From Methylophilaceae bacterium (GTDB taxonomy: Bacteria; Pseudomonadota; Gammaproteobacteria; Burkholderiales; Methylophilaceae), in NCBI GenBank assembly GCA_965247415.1, contig OZ252007.1, positions 2,416,416 to 2,480,415 on the forward strand: a DNA stretch of 64,000 nucleotides, given 5' to 3'. This document shows, one piece after another, positions 48,145 to 57,679 of the stretch. Below the pieces are notes generated by a model. The model was not told where the DNA came from and did no database searches. It saw nothing but the letters and a program-made list of their open reading frames with translations. The first letter of the stretch is position 1, and each line of letters starts with the position of its first letter. A program made the translations under genes and the position numbers.

Positions 48145-48982
48145 CCGACTGATGTCGCGCAATCAATTGAGCCTGTTAATCAGTGCAAATGAAATTACTC
48201 TGCAACACATCAAGGGTTGGTTAAGCCCGCGTGTGGCGCTTCAAGCACAAGTTAATTATGCGTCTGCTGATGGCGATAAATGGCGAGAAGCACTTCTTCA
48301 AATAGACACATTATTTTCAAAAATAAAAGTACCCGCAAAAACCCCGTTAAAAATTGTGCTATCCAGTGAATGCTTAAGATTTTTAACCTTGCCAGCGCAA
48401 CACGCTTTTTTGCCAGAGGCTGAAAAAAACGCTTATGCAAAGGCTTTTTATGATGAAGTGTATGGTGAGCGCGTGAATGATTGGGAAATTAGGCAAGATG
48501 ATGCGCCGCCCCATTTACCATCCATTTCCGTTGCGATGGATAAATTCTTGCTGGAGCAGCTTATAAAAATAGCAGAAAAATATCAGCTCATATTAACCAC
48601 GGTTGAGCCTTATGTGATGACAGCGGTGAATCATTTAAAAAAAGAAATTGGTTGCACGGATGGTTTTTTAGCGATGATTGAAAATAATCGACTGGTGTTA
48701 ATTCAATTGCAAGGTGGGCATTTAATAAATTTAAAAATCGAGGCGATTGGACAAGAATGGCAAACCAGCTTGCATCAAATGTTGTTGCGTGAAAGTTTGC
48801 TAGCCGCAGAAAAAGCAGGCGCTCAAGATAACATTTTAGAAAAACCAACTGTATTGTTATATGCACCACACATTACAAACGCAAAAATCCAAAAAATTGC
48901 TGATTGGCCCATCACCATGATTGGTCAACAGGGACAATCAGTTGTCACGCATACGAATGCCTTGATGGAGGCCTTGGTGTGA
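48125..48982 (+). CDS. PilM/GspL-like assembly protein (cluster 2), tentative
   Basis: The GTG start overlaps the end of gspE and is preceded by AGGAG. It occupies the same position as 38372-39148 and has a similar N-terminus. Confidence 0.4.
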   Translation: MSLLSPNRLMSRNQLSLLISANEITLQHIKGWLSPRVALQAQVNYASADGDKWREALLQIDTLFSKIKVPAKTPLKIVLSSECLRFLTLPAQHAFLPEAEKNAYAKAFYDEVYGERVNDWEIRQDDAPPHLPSISVAMDKFLLEQLIKIAEKYQLILTTVEPYVMTAVNHLKKEIGCTDGFLAMIENNRLVLIQLQGGHLINLKIEAIGQEWQTSLHQMLLRESLLAAEKAGAQDNILEKPTVLLYAPHITNAKIQKIADWPITMIGQQGQSVVTHTNALMEALV

Positions 48983-49557
48983 ATCAAAAATTAACAATTT
49001 CATTTATCAATGTTGATACATTTTCAATCAAACAATGGACTTGGATCAGCGTAATTTTGCTTGGCTTCAGTTTGATGATGTTTGTACAAATGGGTGTGGT
49101 TTATTTTAAACACCAACAAGCATTAACAGAATTACAAGAAAAGTTTGCGCGTAAGCAAATGACACGTGTGCAAAAAGATCATGCTTCGATTCAACATAAA
49201 ATGCCTGTTTCAGAAATTAAACTCAGTATCACGCAAAAAAAACAAATCAATGAAACCATCAGCGAGTTAGTCGTTGATTGGGATTCACTTTTTCAAACCA
49301 TTGAAAACACCCTGCTTGAAGAAATTGCAATCTTAGAAATCAGCCCTAATAGCAAGAAAAAATTAATTGTGATTCGCGGTGAAGCAAAAACTCTGAAAGC
49401 CGTATTTGCCTACATCAAATCGCTGGATGACACAGCAAATTTATCAAAAGTATATTTGCAAACGCACAGTGTTGATGAGGCAAATGTGAGTAAACCCGTG
49501 AGTTTTACCGTTTCAGCAGAGTGGCAACGCCATTCATCTTTTGAGGAGCAACCATGA
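48979..49557 (+). CDS. PilN-like single-pass membrane protein (cluster 2)
   Basis: The GTG start overlaps the upstream TGA. It has a TM (WTWISVILLGFSLMMFVQMGVVYF) followed by a coiled coil. Confidence 0.45.
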   Translation: MNQKLTISFINVDTFSIKQWTWISVILLGFSLMMFVQMGVVYFKHQQALTELQEKFARKQMTRVQKDHASIQHKMPVSEIKLSITQKKQINETISELVVDWDSLFQTIENTLLEEIAILEISPNSKKKLIVIRGEAKTLKAVFAYIKSLDDTANLSKVYLQTHSVDEANVSKPVSFTVSAEWQRHSSFEEQP

Positions 49558-50138
49558 TGCAAATAAACGCTCATTATTTTATGTGGATGCTAAATAAAGC
49601 CAGTAAAAACTTAGGGGTTTGGGGCTTGACCGCGATTGTCATTTTATTGGCGACTGTTTTTTTCTATACATCAAAAATATTGCCAATGGAGCAAGAAATA
49701 CGCGATTTAAATACACGTTTGCTCTTGCAGGGAACAGTGCCAACTACTGAGAGTATTGTAGAAACTAAACCTAAACAAAATACGGCTGAAGAAGTTTCAA
49801 TTTTTTATCATCGTTTTCCAGAGGTTGCAACATTACCCAATTGGCTGGAAGCCATTGATGAAGCGGCCATTCATGAACAGTTGGCATTAAATCGTGGCGA
49901 CTACAAACTGAATAAAGTGAGTAAAGCTGCAACAACACTTAAAGAAAACTCCTTAACACGTTACGAAATTATGTTGCCAGTGAAGGGTAGTTACATTCAA
50001 ATTAGAAAATTTATTGCAACCATTTTGCGGCAGTTGCCGATGCTTGCTTTGTCTGATTTTCAAATCACGAGAGAAAATGTTTCATCTGCAACAGTGGACG
50101 CCAATTTACTCTTTGTGTTGTTTTTAAAAGAGCATTAA
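49554..50138 (+). CDS. PilO/GspM-like single-pass membrane protein (cluster 2)
   Basis: ATGA overlap with the upstream gene. It has a TM (VWGLTAIVILLATVFFY) and a periplasmic domain. Confidence 0.45.
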   Translation: MMQINAHYFMWMLNKASKNLGVWGLTAIVILLATVFFYTSKILPMEQEIRDLNTRLLLQGTVPTTESIVETKPKQNTAEEVSIFYHRFPEVATLPNWLEAIDEAAIHEQLALNRGDYKLNKVSKAATTLKENSLTRYEIMLPVKGSYIQIRKFIATILRQLPMLALSDFQITRENVSSATVDANLLFVLFLKEH

Positions 50139-50159
50139 TGATGAATCTACTAATAATAG

Positions 50160-50831
50160 ATGCACGCTAAGATGCAAGCTGTTAAACAATCATCCAACAA
50201 ATTTTTGTATTTTTTACTGGCTGTTACAGTACTCATCACCCTTTGGACAGCGATGAGCGATGAAACGCAATCGGACTCACAGAACGAATCAACCATGACC
50301 TTGGTACAACCCGCAAAAGCGAATATCAATGAAAATAAAATAACGCAATCTGATAAAAATCCTCAACCATCAAATAAAACATCTGAACCTAAAGACGCAA
50401 TTGAAAATGAGGAAACCGTAACATTTCCTTGGGCTGCACTTGAAAGAGCAAATTCTGCGGAAATCACACAAGATGTGTTCAAGCCGCATTCTTGGTTAGT
50501 TGTGGTTCCACCACCACCGCCTGCGCCAGAGCCGCCACCAGAACCACCACCGCCGCCAACCGCACCGCCTGCACCGTTTCAATATATTGGAAAAATGGAA
50601 AACTCTCCTAATGCAGGAAAAGTATTTTTAATGCAAAACAAGCAGTTTTATTACGTGGCAGTTGGTGAAAATATCAATCAAGAATGGCGATTAGATAAAG
50701 AAGAAACCAATGTGTTGCGACTGACTTATTTACCCCTTGATTTACCACAAGTATTGATTAAATCAGCTAAACGTAAAGTTGCTGTTTCACAAGATGCTGC
50801 TAGTGAACCAATCAATGAAACAAATTATTAA
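50160..50831 (+). CDS. PilP-like periplasmic protein with poly-proline linker (cluster 2)
   Basis: An N-terminal TM, the linker PPPPPAPEPPPEPPPPPTAPPAP, then FQYIGKME...KVFLMQNKQFYYVAVGENINQEWRL, which is homologous to the cluster 1 PFKYIG domain. Confidence 0.45.
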   Translation: MHAKMQAVKQSSNKFLYFLLAVTVLITLWTAMSDETQSDSQNESTMTLVQPAKANINENKITQSDKNPQPSNKTSEPKDAIENEETVTFPWAALERANSAEITQDVFKPHSWLVVVPPPPPAPEPPPEPPPPPTAPPAPFQYIGKMENSPNAGKVFLMQNKQFYYVAVGENINQEWRLDKEETNVLRLTYLPLDLPQVLIKSAKRKVAVSQDAASEPINETNY

Positions 50832-50856
50832 TAAAAAATCATTCAAAGTAGAATTT

Positions 50857-52800
50857 ATGAAGTTAACAAGAAAAATTTATCTATTGTCATTATTGCTGAC
50901 AGCCTTGCAACTGACTGCTTGTGCAACAGCGCCTTGGGATGAACCAAAAAAAACTAATTTGACCCCAGAAGAAAAGGTAAAAATTGCAACCGAAAAATTT
51001 AATAGAAACTCAGATTCAACTAAAACCCGTAAAGAATTACTAATCGCTAAAGAAGAGTCTGTGAATGCATTGATTAAAGAATCAAAAGTAGCGCATGCTA
51101 ATCAACAATATGATAAAGCAGATGAATTATATTCGCGCGTGTTAAATATTTCACCGGAAAATGTCACTGCCTCAAATGGGCGTGCAGATATTGCAAGAGT
51201 AAGTTCGCAGCAAAAGCAATTAGATCTAGCAAAAAAAATGATTGAAGAAAACAAGCTAGAAGCTGCAAAAGAAATTGCGCGCGATGTGCTTCTACAAGAG
51301 CCAAAAAATGCCAAAGCAAAAGAATTGCTAGAAGTGATTAATAAGAAAACAGGCGTTAGCAAAGCCAGCCCCGCAAAATTGAAACCTAATTCTGATAAAC
51401 AAGTGACATTAGAATTGCGGGACGCAGAAGTAAAAGTTGTTTTTGAAGCGTTATCACGCGCAACAGGCATCAATTTTATTTTAGATAAAGACATTAAGCC
51501 CAATACCAAAGCCACCATTTTTGTGAAAAAAATGCGTATTGAAGATGCCATTGAAATTGTGCTTTCAAGCAACGGCTTGCAGAAAAAAGTGTTATCTGAA
51601 AATACCGCGTTGATTTATCCAAATACACCTGCAAAATTAAAAGATTATCAAGATTTAGTCATTCGCAATTTTTACTTAACCAATACCAACGCCAAACAAG
51701 TAGCGTTGCTGGTTAAAACCATGCTCAAAACAAAAGATGTATTTATAGATGAGCGCTTAAATATGTTTGTAATGCGTGATCGCCCAGAGGTGATTCGGCT
51801 GGCTGAAAAATTAGTCGCCGCCAATGATTTAGCTGATCCTGAGGTCATGCTTGAAATAGAAGTATTAGAAGTAAGCCGCACGCGCTTACAAGAGCTTGGA
51901 ATTGTCTATCCCAATCAAGTGTCTGTTTTAACGCCAGCAACCTTGACTGTTGAAGCATTGAAAGCTTTAAAATCTGCTAACTATGCAGTTTCACCCAATC
52001 CAGCGTTAAACTTCAAAAAAACCACGGGCGATGTGAATTTGCTATCTAACCCAAGAATTCGTGTTAAAAATAATGAAAAAGCCAAAGTTTTGGTAGGCGA
52101 TAAAGTGCCTATTATTACCACCACTTCTACCGCCAATGTTGGAATTTCAGAAAGTGTTCAATATGTGGATGTTGGTTTAAAAGTGGATGTAGAACCACGC
52201 ATTTTGTTAGATGATTTTGTGAATATTAAAGTTGGTTTAGAAGTGAGTTCATTAGGTGAAAAAACGGTGACCAGAAATGGCACAACCGTTTACACCATAG
52301 GCACGCGTAATGCCAATACCTTACTGCGATTAAAAGATGGTGAAACGCAGGTTTTAGCGGGTTTAATTTTGGATGATGAACGTAAAAATGCCAGCAAATT
52401 ACCGGCTTTAGGTGATATTCCAATTTTGGGTCGGTTATTTTCTAGCCAAGAAGATAAGAAAAGTAAAACGGAAATTGTGCTCGCCATTACGCCAAAAGTG
52501 TTGGGCAATATTCGTCAACCAGAAGGCGATGAAATGGAGTATTGGTCTGGCACAGAATCTGTGATTTCTGATACGCCGCGCGTGACCTTACCTGCTCAAA
52601 ATGCACCTCAGGATAGAACTCGTCCATCTAATCCTGAGCCTGTTTCACTACCTGGCGGTGGTGTTGTGATGGAGAATCTTGTGGCACCAAACCCACAAGA
52701 AAATTTACTTCCAGGCGAATCAATCGTTCCAACGGAACCTGCCTCAGTAGAGCAATTGGTTCCGCTTGATGCTAGTCAAACTGAAATGCCAAATCAATAA
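50857..52800 (+). CDS. secretin lipoprotein with N-terminal TPR-like domain (cluster 2)
   Basis: Lipoprotein signal MKLTRKIYLLSLLLTALQLTAC, a helical/TPR region, an N0-like domain (VTLELRDAEVKVVFEALSRATGINFILDKDI), a secretin core (NPRIRVKNNEKAKVLVGDKVPI; LRLKDGETQVLAGLILDD...LPALGDIPILGRLF...IVLAITPKVL) and a P-rich tail. An alternative start is ATG 50815. Confidence 0.9.
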   Translation: MKLTRKIYLLSLLLTALQLTACATAPWDEPKKTNLTPEEKVKIATEKFNRNSDSTKTRKELLIAKEESVNALIKESKVAHANQQYDKADELYSRVLNISPENVTASNGRADIARVSSQQKQLDLAKKMIEENKLEAAKEIARDVLLQEPKNAKAKELLEVINKKTGVSKASPAKLKPNSDKQVTLELRDAEVKVVFEALSRATGINFILDKDIKPNTKATIFVKKMRIEDAIEIVLSSNGLQKKVLSENTALIYPNTPAKLKDYQDLVIRNFYLTNTNAKQVALLVKTMLKTKDVFIDERLNMFVMRDRPEVIRLAEKLVAANDLADPEVMLEIEVLEVSRTRLQELGIVYPNQVSVLTPATLTVEALKALKSANYAVSPNPALNFKKTTGDVNLLSNPRIRVKNNEKAKVLVGDKVPIITTTSTANVGISESVQYVDVGLKVDVEPRILLDDFVNIKVGLEVSSLGEKTVTRNGTTVYTIGTRNANTLLRLKDGETQVLAGLILDDERKNASKLPALGDIPILGRLFSSQEDKKSKTEIVLAITPKVLGNIRQPEGDEMEYWSGTESVISDTPRVTLPAQNAPQDRTRPSNPEPVSLPGGGVVMENLVAPNPQENLLPGESIVPTEPASVEQLVPLDASQTEMPNQ

Positions 52801-52824
52801 CCGCTTGGATGTTGAACGATTGTG

Positions 52825-53301
52825 ATGTTAAAAAGGCGCATCAAAGGATTTACCTTAATTGAACTCATTACCACAGTTGTGATTGTTGCAATTTTGGCAG
52901 TAGTGGCAACGCCAATGTTGAAAGTGACTGTTCAACGTAAAAAAGAGAGTGAATTGCGTGAAAACTTACGCCTTATTCGACAGGCAATTGATGCATATAA
53001 ACTTGCTTCAGATGAAGGGCGTATCAAAAAAAATATTGATCAAACTGGCTATCCACCTAATTTAGAAATACTGGTAGAAGGTGTCACAGATATTAAAGCG
53101 CCTAAAGCACAAAAGATAAAATTTTTGCGAAGAATTCCGCTAGACCCCATGCTGAATGAGCAAGTGCCAGATGAAAAAAAATGGGGATTACGCAGTTATG
53201 GAAGCGATGAAAAAAATCCAACAGAAGGTGAAGATGTGTACGACGTTTATTCGTTAAGTTCAGCCATTGGATCTAATAAAGTGCCTTATTCTCAGTGGTA
53301 A
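52825..53301 (+). CDS. GspG-like pseudopilin A (cluster 2)
   Basis: KG/FTLIELITTV with Glu5, YPPNLEILV and IPLDPM. The C-terminus is KVPYSQW. Confidence 0.8.
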   Translation: MLKRRIKGFTLIELITTVVIVAILAVVATPMLKVTVQRKKESELRENLRLIRQAIDAYKLASDEGRIKKNIDQTGYPPNLEILVEGVTDIKAPKAQKIKFLRRIPLDPMLNEQVPDEKKWGLRSYGSDEKNPTEGEDVYDVYSLSSAIGSNKVPYSQW

Positions 53302-53314
53302 ATTTTTTATCACC

Positions 53315-53728
53315 ATGAAAACATCTATAAGCTTCCAATTTGAATTGAAGTTAAAGCCCGCAATATTGGGTTTTACATTGGTTGAACTTTTAGTGGTTTT
53401 GGCTATATTAGCATTACTGATGACTATAGCAACGCCGCGCTACTTTAATGGCATTGACCGCGCAAAAGAATCGGCACTCAAGCAAGATTTAGCGACCTTA
53501 CGTGAAAGTATCGATCAATATTATTTAGATAAAGGCAAGTATCCAAGCACTTTAGAAGATTTAATTACCCATGAATATATCCGTAAACTCCCTGTCGACC
53601 CAATGACAGAAAGTGCAGAAACTTGGCAGGTTGTTCCGCCAGAGCCACCCTTAGAAGGTGATATTTATGATATTCACAGCGGGGCGACCGCAACTGCGAA
53701 AGATGGTAGCAAATATTCTGATTGGTAA
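53315..53728 (+). CDS. GspG-like pseudopilin B (cluster 2)
   Basis: LG/FTLVELLVVL with Glu5, YPSTLEDLI and LPVDPMT. The C-terminus is GSKYSDW. The start is set to ATG 53315. Confidence 0.8.
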   Translation: MKTSISFQFELKLKPAILGFTLVELLVVLAILALLMTIATPRYFNGIDRAKESALKQDLATLRESIDQYYLDKGKYPSTLEDLITHEYIRKLPVDPMTESAETWQVVPPEPPLEGDIYDIHSGATATAKDGSKYSDW

Positions 53729-54395
53729 TTCACGCCCACAAGTTGGATTTACTTACATGGGCTTATTGATGGTGCTAGCAATTTCAAGCATTGCGATGGC
53801 TGTGGTTGGCATTGTTTGGCACAAAGAAATGCAACGCGAACGTGAAAAAGAGCTCAAATTTATTGGCGAATCTTATAAAAAAGCGATTGGTAGTTATTAT
53901 GAGAGCAAAGTAAATGGGACAAAACAATTTCCCGAAAAGTTAGAAGAATTGCTTTTGGATGAACGCTTTCCAACCGTTAAACGCCATATTAGAAAATTAT
54001 ATGCTGACCCCTTTAATACAAAGCCACTCAACTTAGAAAAATCTTGGGGATTGGAATTGCAGCAGGGGAGAATTATTGGCGTTTATAGCTTGTCAGAAGA
54101 AAAAATCATTCAGCAAAATGATCAACATTCAAACAAACCAATAAAGTACAGCGAAATGAAATTTATCTATGTTCCAACCGCTACAAGCGCGCCAACCGTA
54201 GATACTAAATCACTTGATCAATTAGCGTTGCCTGAATCTTCAGCAACACACTTGCAATTACCAGAAACGCAGTCAGCTAAAGGTGAGCCAAACAATCAAA
54301 ATCAAGCAGACTCAAATGCGGAAACACATGTTCAAATTCCAGAAACACTGAATAATGTGCGTGCTATTAATGCACCAGCCATTTCAAAACCATAA
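53703..54395 (+). CDS. pseudopilin-like protein lacking Glu5 (cluster 2)
   Basis: VG/FTYMGLLMVLAISS with Gly at +5. It is homologous in position and N-terminal half to 43609-44169 (shared YY/YYE..P.G.K..P....DL.LD.RF....H.RK.Y.DP). Confidence 0.5.
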   Translation: MVANILIGNSRPQVGFTYMGLLMVLAISSIAMAVVGIVWHKEMQREREKELKFIGESYKKAIGSYYESKVNGTKQFPEKLEELLLDERFPTVKRHIRKLYADPFNTKPLNLEKSWGLELQQGRIIGVYSLSEEKIIQQNDQHSNKPIKYSEMKFIYVPTATSAPTVDTKSLDQLALPESSATHLQLPETQSAKGEPNNQNQADSNAETHVQIPETLNNVRAINAPAISKP

Positions 54396-54430
54396 TTGAC
54401 ATGAATTTTAAAATCATGCGAATTTTAAAA

Positions 54431-55189
54431 TTACGTGAATTTTTTATATAAACTCATCACCTTAGGTACATATTTTTGCGTTTCTTGGTAAGGTGGAATT
54501 TTACGATTGTGTTTGAGTACCGCTGGCAAGCCCGCATTGTAAGCCGCTAAACTTAATTTCACGTCACCATTAAACACTTTAAGCAAATCTTTAAGCAGTT
54601 TTGCGCCCGCCAAAATATTTTGTTTTGGATCTTTACGGTCTGTAACTTTATAAAATTTGGCGGTGGCAGGCATAATTTGCATTAAACCATAGGCTCCTTT
54701 TGCAGAGCGAGCGTGTGGATTATGGTTTGATTCTGCAGAAATAATCGCATGAATCAACGCAGGAGCTACTGAAGTCATCCTCGCTGCCAACTGTACTTCT
54801 TTGTTAAATGGTAAGTTTTTAACGAGATTACTAGATTTTTTATTGTTTGCATCATCAGAACTATTTGCAAACTTATTTTGTTGAATATTATTATTTGTAA
54901 GAACGATGGTATTTTCAGCGTTTGTTTCAAGCAACACTTCATCAACACTTGCTAGTGCGTTGATATCTTCTTGGTTTATTTGAATCTCAGTGCCAACTCC
55001 AGCAATTACAATCGCTTCGTTTTGTTCTTCAATTTTAAATGTATACGCAATATTTTCTTGTGTGTTGCTGATAACAATCTCATCCGTTTGCGCCATATCA
55101 ACCAAAACATCTGCATGACTCAAGCTGATGCTTGCGTTTAAGCAAAGCATTAACAAAAGACTTAATCTCTTTAGCGATGGTTTTAGCAT
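54431..55189 (-). CDS. soluble lytic murein transglycosylase (SLT domain) protein
   Basis: Signal peptide. The C-terminal SLT domain has the catalytic context AIISAESNHNP.A.S.KGAYGLMQIMPATA ... AYNAG. Confidence 0.85.
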   Translation of the reverse strand: MLKPSLKRLSLLLMLCLNASISLSHADVLVDMAQTDEIVISNTQENIAYTFKIEEQNEAIVIAGVGTEIQINQEDINALASVDEVLLETNAENTIVLTNNNIQQNKFANSSDDANNKKSSNLVKNLPFNKEVQLAARMTSVAPALIHAIISAESNHNPHARSAKGAYGLMQIMPATAKFYKVTDRKDPKQNILAGAKLLKDLLKVFNGDVKLSLAAYNAGLPAVLKHNRKIPPYQETQKYVPKVMSLYKKFT

Positions 55190-55423
55190 AACGCCAATAT
55201 AGCGAATGAATATGACAGCAATAAGAAATGGAATTATAAATAGTCAATTTTTGGTCTATTCAAACACTATTCGCATGTTTATAGTTTTAAAGAACACATT
55301 AAATCTGTCATAAAAAAGTCAAAAAAATTACTTTTTTTATAAACAAAAGTGTCATTTTTTCTTCATTGTTACGTCATTATGAAACTGGATAATCTTAAAA
55401 ATTTCATAACAACCAATTGAAAA

Positions 55424-56275
55424 GTGAATGAGATGTTCATGGACACCTTGATGGCGCGTTCGCAAGTAACAAGCAATGCAAGCTTTAATCCGACACGAGA
55501 AGAAGAACTTACCCTCACCGATGAGCAGCGGCACGTCTTTATGGAGGTTGTGGAGGAGTCACTTAAAATTAGCCAAAATATTCATTTATTTAAATGGCTG
55601 CAAGGTGGTTTTCAATATTTACTCGGTCATGAGGTGATGGTGTTTGGCGTAAAAGACAATCATGAAAATCTTTATAAATTTGAATATTTAACCAGCGTTC
55701 GCTATTTTAACGATGCTAAGTTAGACGAGGCCATCAAAGAAAATTCTGGCATCATCCAACGCGCTATCAACGCATGGAAAGTGGCTTCAGTGCCGCTTTT
55801 CGTGACTAATTTACTGCAAGATGGCATGCACAACCAATTTGCCGTCATGAACATTAATGAAGATGAGTTAAACGACTCAGAGTTACAAAGTTTTATAGTG
55901 CATGGCTATGGCGAGCATAATTCAATTGTTATATTCGGCAGGTTACACAAAAAACCATGCGCTGAAATCGCAAAAATTTTAGAAATGCTCATGCCGCATT
56001 TGCATTGCACCTTAAGTAACTTACTCACCGGAAAAGTAAAAACCTTACAACCTGTTGTTAAAACCAATAAAAAGTTGAGCAGTAGAGAATCGCAAGTGAT
56101 TCAATATTTATACTTGGGAAAAACCAACTGGGAAATTTCTACCATTTTAGAAGTGAGTCCACTGACAGTAAAAAACCACGTACAAAATATTATTAAAAAA
56201 TTAAACGTCACTAACAGAAGGCAAGCGGCAACCAAAGCAGCAAAAATGGGCATTATTAAGCAGCATTCATCTTAA
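55424..56275 (+). CDS. LuxR/GerE-type regulator, EpsA-like (PEP-CTERM locus regulator type)
   Basis: C-terminal HTH LSSRESQVIQYLYLGKTNWEISTILEVSPLTVKNHVQNIIKKLNVTNRRQA. The ~280-aa size and the position next to a PEP-CTERM gene resemble the EpsA family described for Methylobacillus EPS loci. The start is ambiguous (GTG 55424, ATG 55433 or ATG 55439). Confidence 0.7.
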   Translation: MNEMFMDTLMARSQVTSNASFNPTREEELTLTDEQRHVFMEVVEESLKISQNIHLFKWLQGGFQYLLGHEVMVFGVKDNHENLYKFEYLTSVRYFNDAKLDEAIKENSGIIQRAINAWKVASVPLFVTNLLQDGMHNQFAVMNINEDELNDSELQSFIVHGYGEHNSIVIFGRLHKKPCAEIAKILEMLMPHLHCTLSNLLTGKVKTLQPVVKTNKKLSSRESQVIQYLYLGKTNWEISTILEVSPLTVKNHVQNIIKKLNVTNRRQAATKAAKMGIIKQHSS

Positions 56276-56359
56276 TAAAATCAATACTTTAAAATAATAC
56301 TTTAAAGTAAATTATTCAATAATTTACTTTAATTTTGACATTATTATTGAGACTACTTT

Positions 56360-57124
56360 CTATTTCTTCTCTACATTTTTGTTAATTGCAGCAATTAATT
56401 CTTGTGGATTTTGAGTCATTTCACCATTTTGTAAGCAAATGGTGGGTGTGCCTAACACACCAATTTCATCCGCCAGTTTTTCATTGCTTTCCAATGGATT
56501 CTTACACGTTGCTTTTTCTGGCGCGGTTTCTTTCACCATATAATTTGACCAAGCAGCCACTTTATCTTTTGCACACCAAATAGATTCCGCTTTTTGTGCT
56601 GCATCTGGGTGTAATTCTTTCAGTGGGAATAAGAAAATGTAGGCTGTGTAATCCGTTACATTTAATTTCTCTAAACCTTGTTCTAATTTTTTGCAAAATG
56701 GGCAATCAGGGTCAGAAAATACCGCAAATTTATATGCACCAGTTCCTTTTTTAATTTCAATGGCGTTGTTGACAGGCAGCGTTTCAAATTTGATACTGGT
56801 CAGCTTTTTTAAGCGTTCCTCAGTTAAGTTCTTTTTATTTTCATCATCAATTAGCATCCCGCCAGTGATCACATATTTGACGTTTTTATCGACATAAAAA
56901 ATATTTCCATTAGCAAACACTTCATACAAGCCAACAATGGGTGAAGCTGTCACGCTTTTAATGTTGAGCGGTGGTTTTCGATTCACTAAATTATTTTTAA
57001 TGGTTTGAATATCTGTTTCGGTTTGATTGGTTTCAGCACCAATAGAATTGGGGGCAAATGTTGAAAAAAGTAAAGCCGTTGAGATGGCAATCAAACTTTT
57101 TTGCAAGTGATGTTTTTGTTGCAT
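56360..57124 (-). CDS. periplasmic thiol:disulfide interchange protein DsbC/DsbG family
   Basis: Signal peptide, an N-terminal dimerisation-type domain and a thioredoxin domain with FSDPDCPFCKKLE. Confidence 0.85.
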   Translation of the reverse strand: MQQKHHLQKSLIAISTALLFSTFAPNSIGAETNQTETDIQTIKNNLVNRKPPLNIKSVTASPIVGLYEVFANGNIFYVDKNVKYVITGGMLIDDENKKNLTEERLKKLTSIKFETLPVNNAIEIKKGTGAYKFAVFSDPDCPFCKKLEQGLEKLNVTDYTAYIFLFPLKELHPDAAQKAESIWCAKDKVAAWSNYMVKETAPEKATCKNPLESNEKLADEIGVLGTPTICLQNGEMTQNPQELIAAINKNVEKK

Positions 57125-57301
57125 AGGTCTTTCCTAATTTAATGATGCGGTGAAATATAAATACATTATTTTAGTAAAGCTACATGACGTAAATATGACC
57201 AATTTTTGCAGTGTCTATTTGATTCTTTAAATAGGCATGGTTAATCATTTCAGTTCATCAATTTCAATTACCCAGCGCATTTTAATTCGTAAATTTTGTA
57301 A

Positions 57302-57327
57302 AAACATAGTCCGAACGGACTATGTTT
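57302..57327. promoter_or_regulatory. perfect 26-bp palindrome AAACATAGTCCG-AA-CGGACTATGTTT
   Basis: 12-bp arms with a 2-bp spacer. It lies in the 555-bp divergent region between dsbC/G (minus) and the PEP-CTERM gene (plus). A second small dyad, TTTGTT-GCG-AACAAA, overlaps at 57325-57339. Confidence 0.5.
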
Positions 57328-57679
57328 GTTGCGAACAAATGTCACATTCAAAGCCAATAATCGCGATATAAATTTGTGTCAATGTAACTAATGTTTTAGA
57401 AAACAAGTTTTAAGTGCATTTCAAATATGACAACTAAATATAGATTCAATGGCAGTTGCAATATCAAACCATTGTGTTTTATAGCCCAAAAGGACTAGGT
57501 TTGCATCATCAGATATTCACTTTAAAACTTTAACATCACGTTGCATTAAAGTTTTTGATGTTTTAAGTGATTTAAGTAGTTGATTTTAATGTGGTTGTTT
57601 TAAAGGTAAGTCGCTTAAAAGCAGCTTACTTAATTTTGTAGGCTGTTGTTTTTTATGTAGTTAATTTAGGAGAAATACA

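Noticed and set aside
51102-51572. 156-aa minus-strand ORF inside secretin 2, plus smaller ones at 51672-51881, 52226-52423 and 52290-52508
   Set aside because: They are antisense shadows of a clearly coding secretin gene. They are low-complexity S/F/L-rich sequences.
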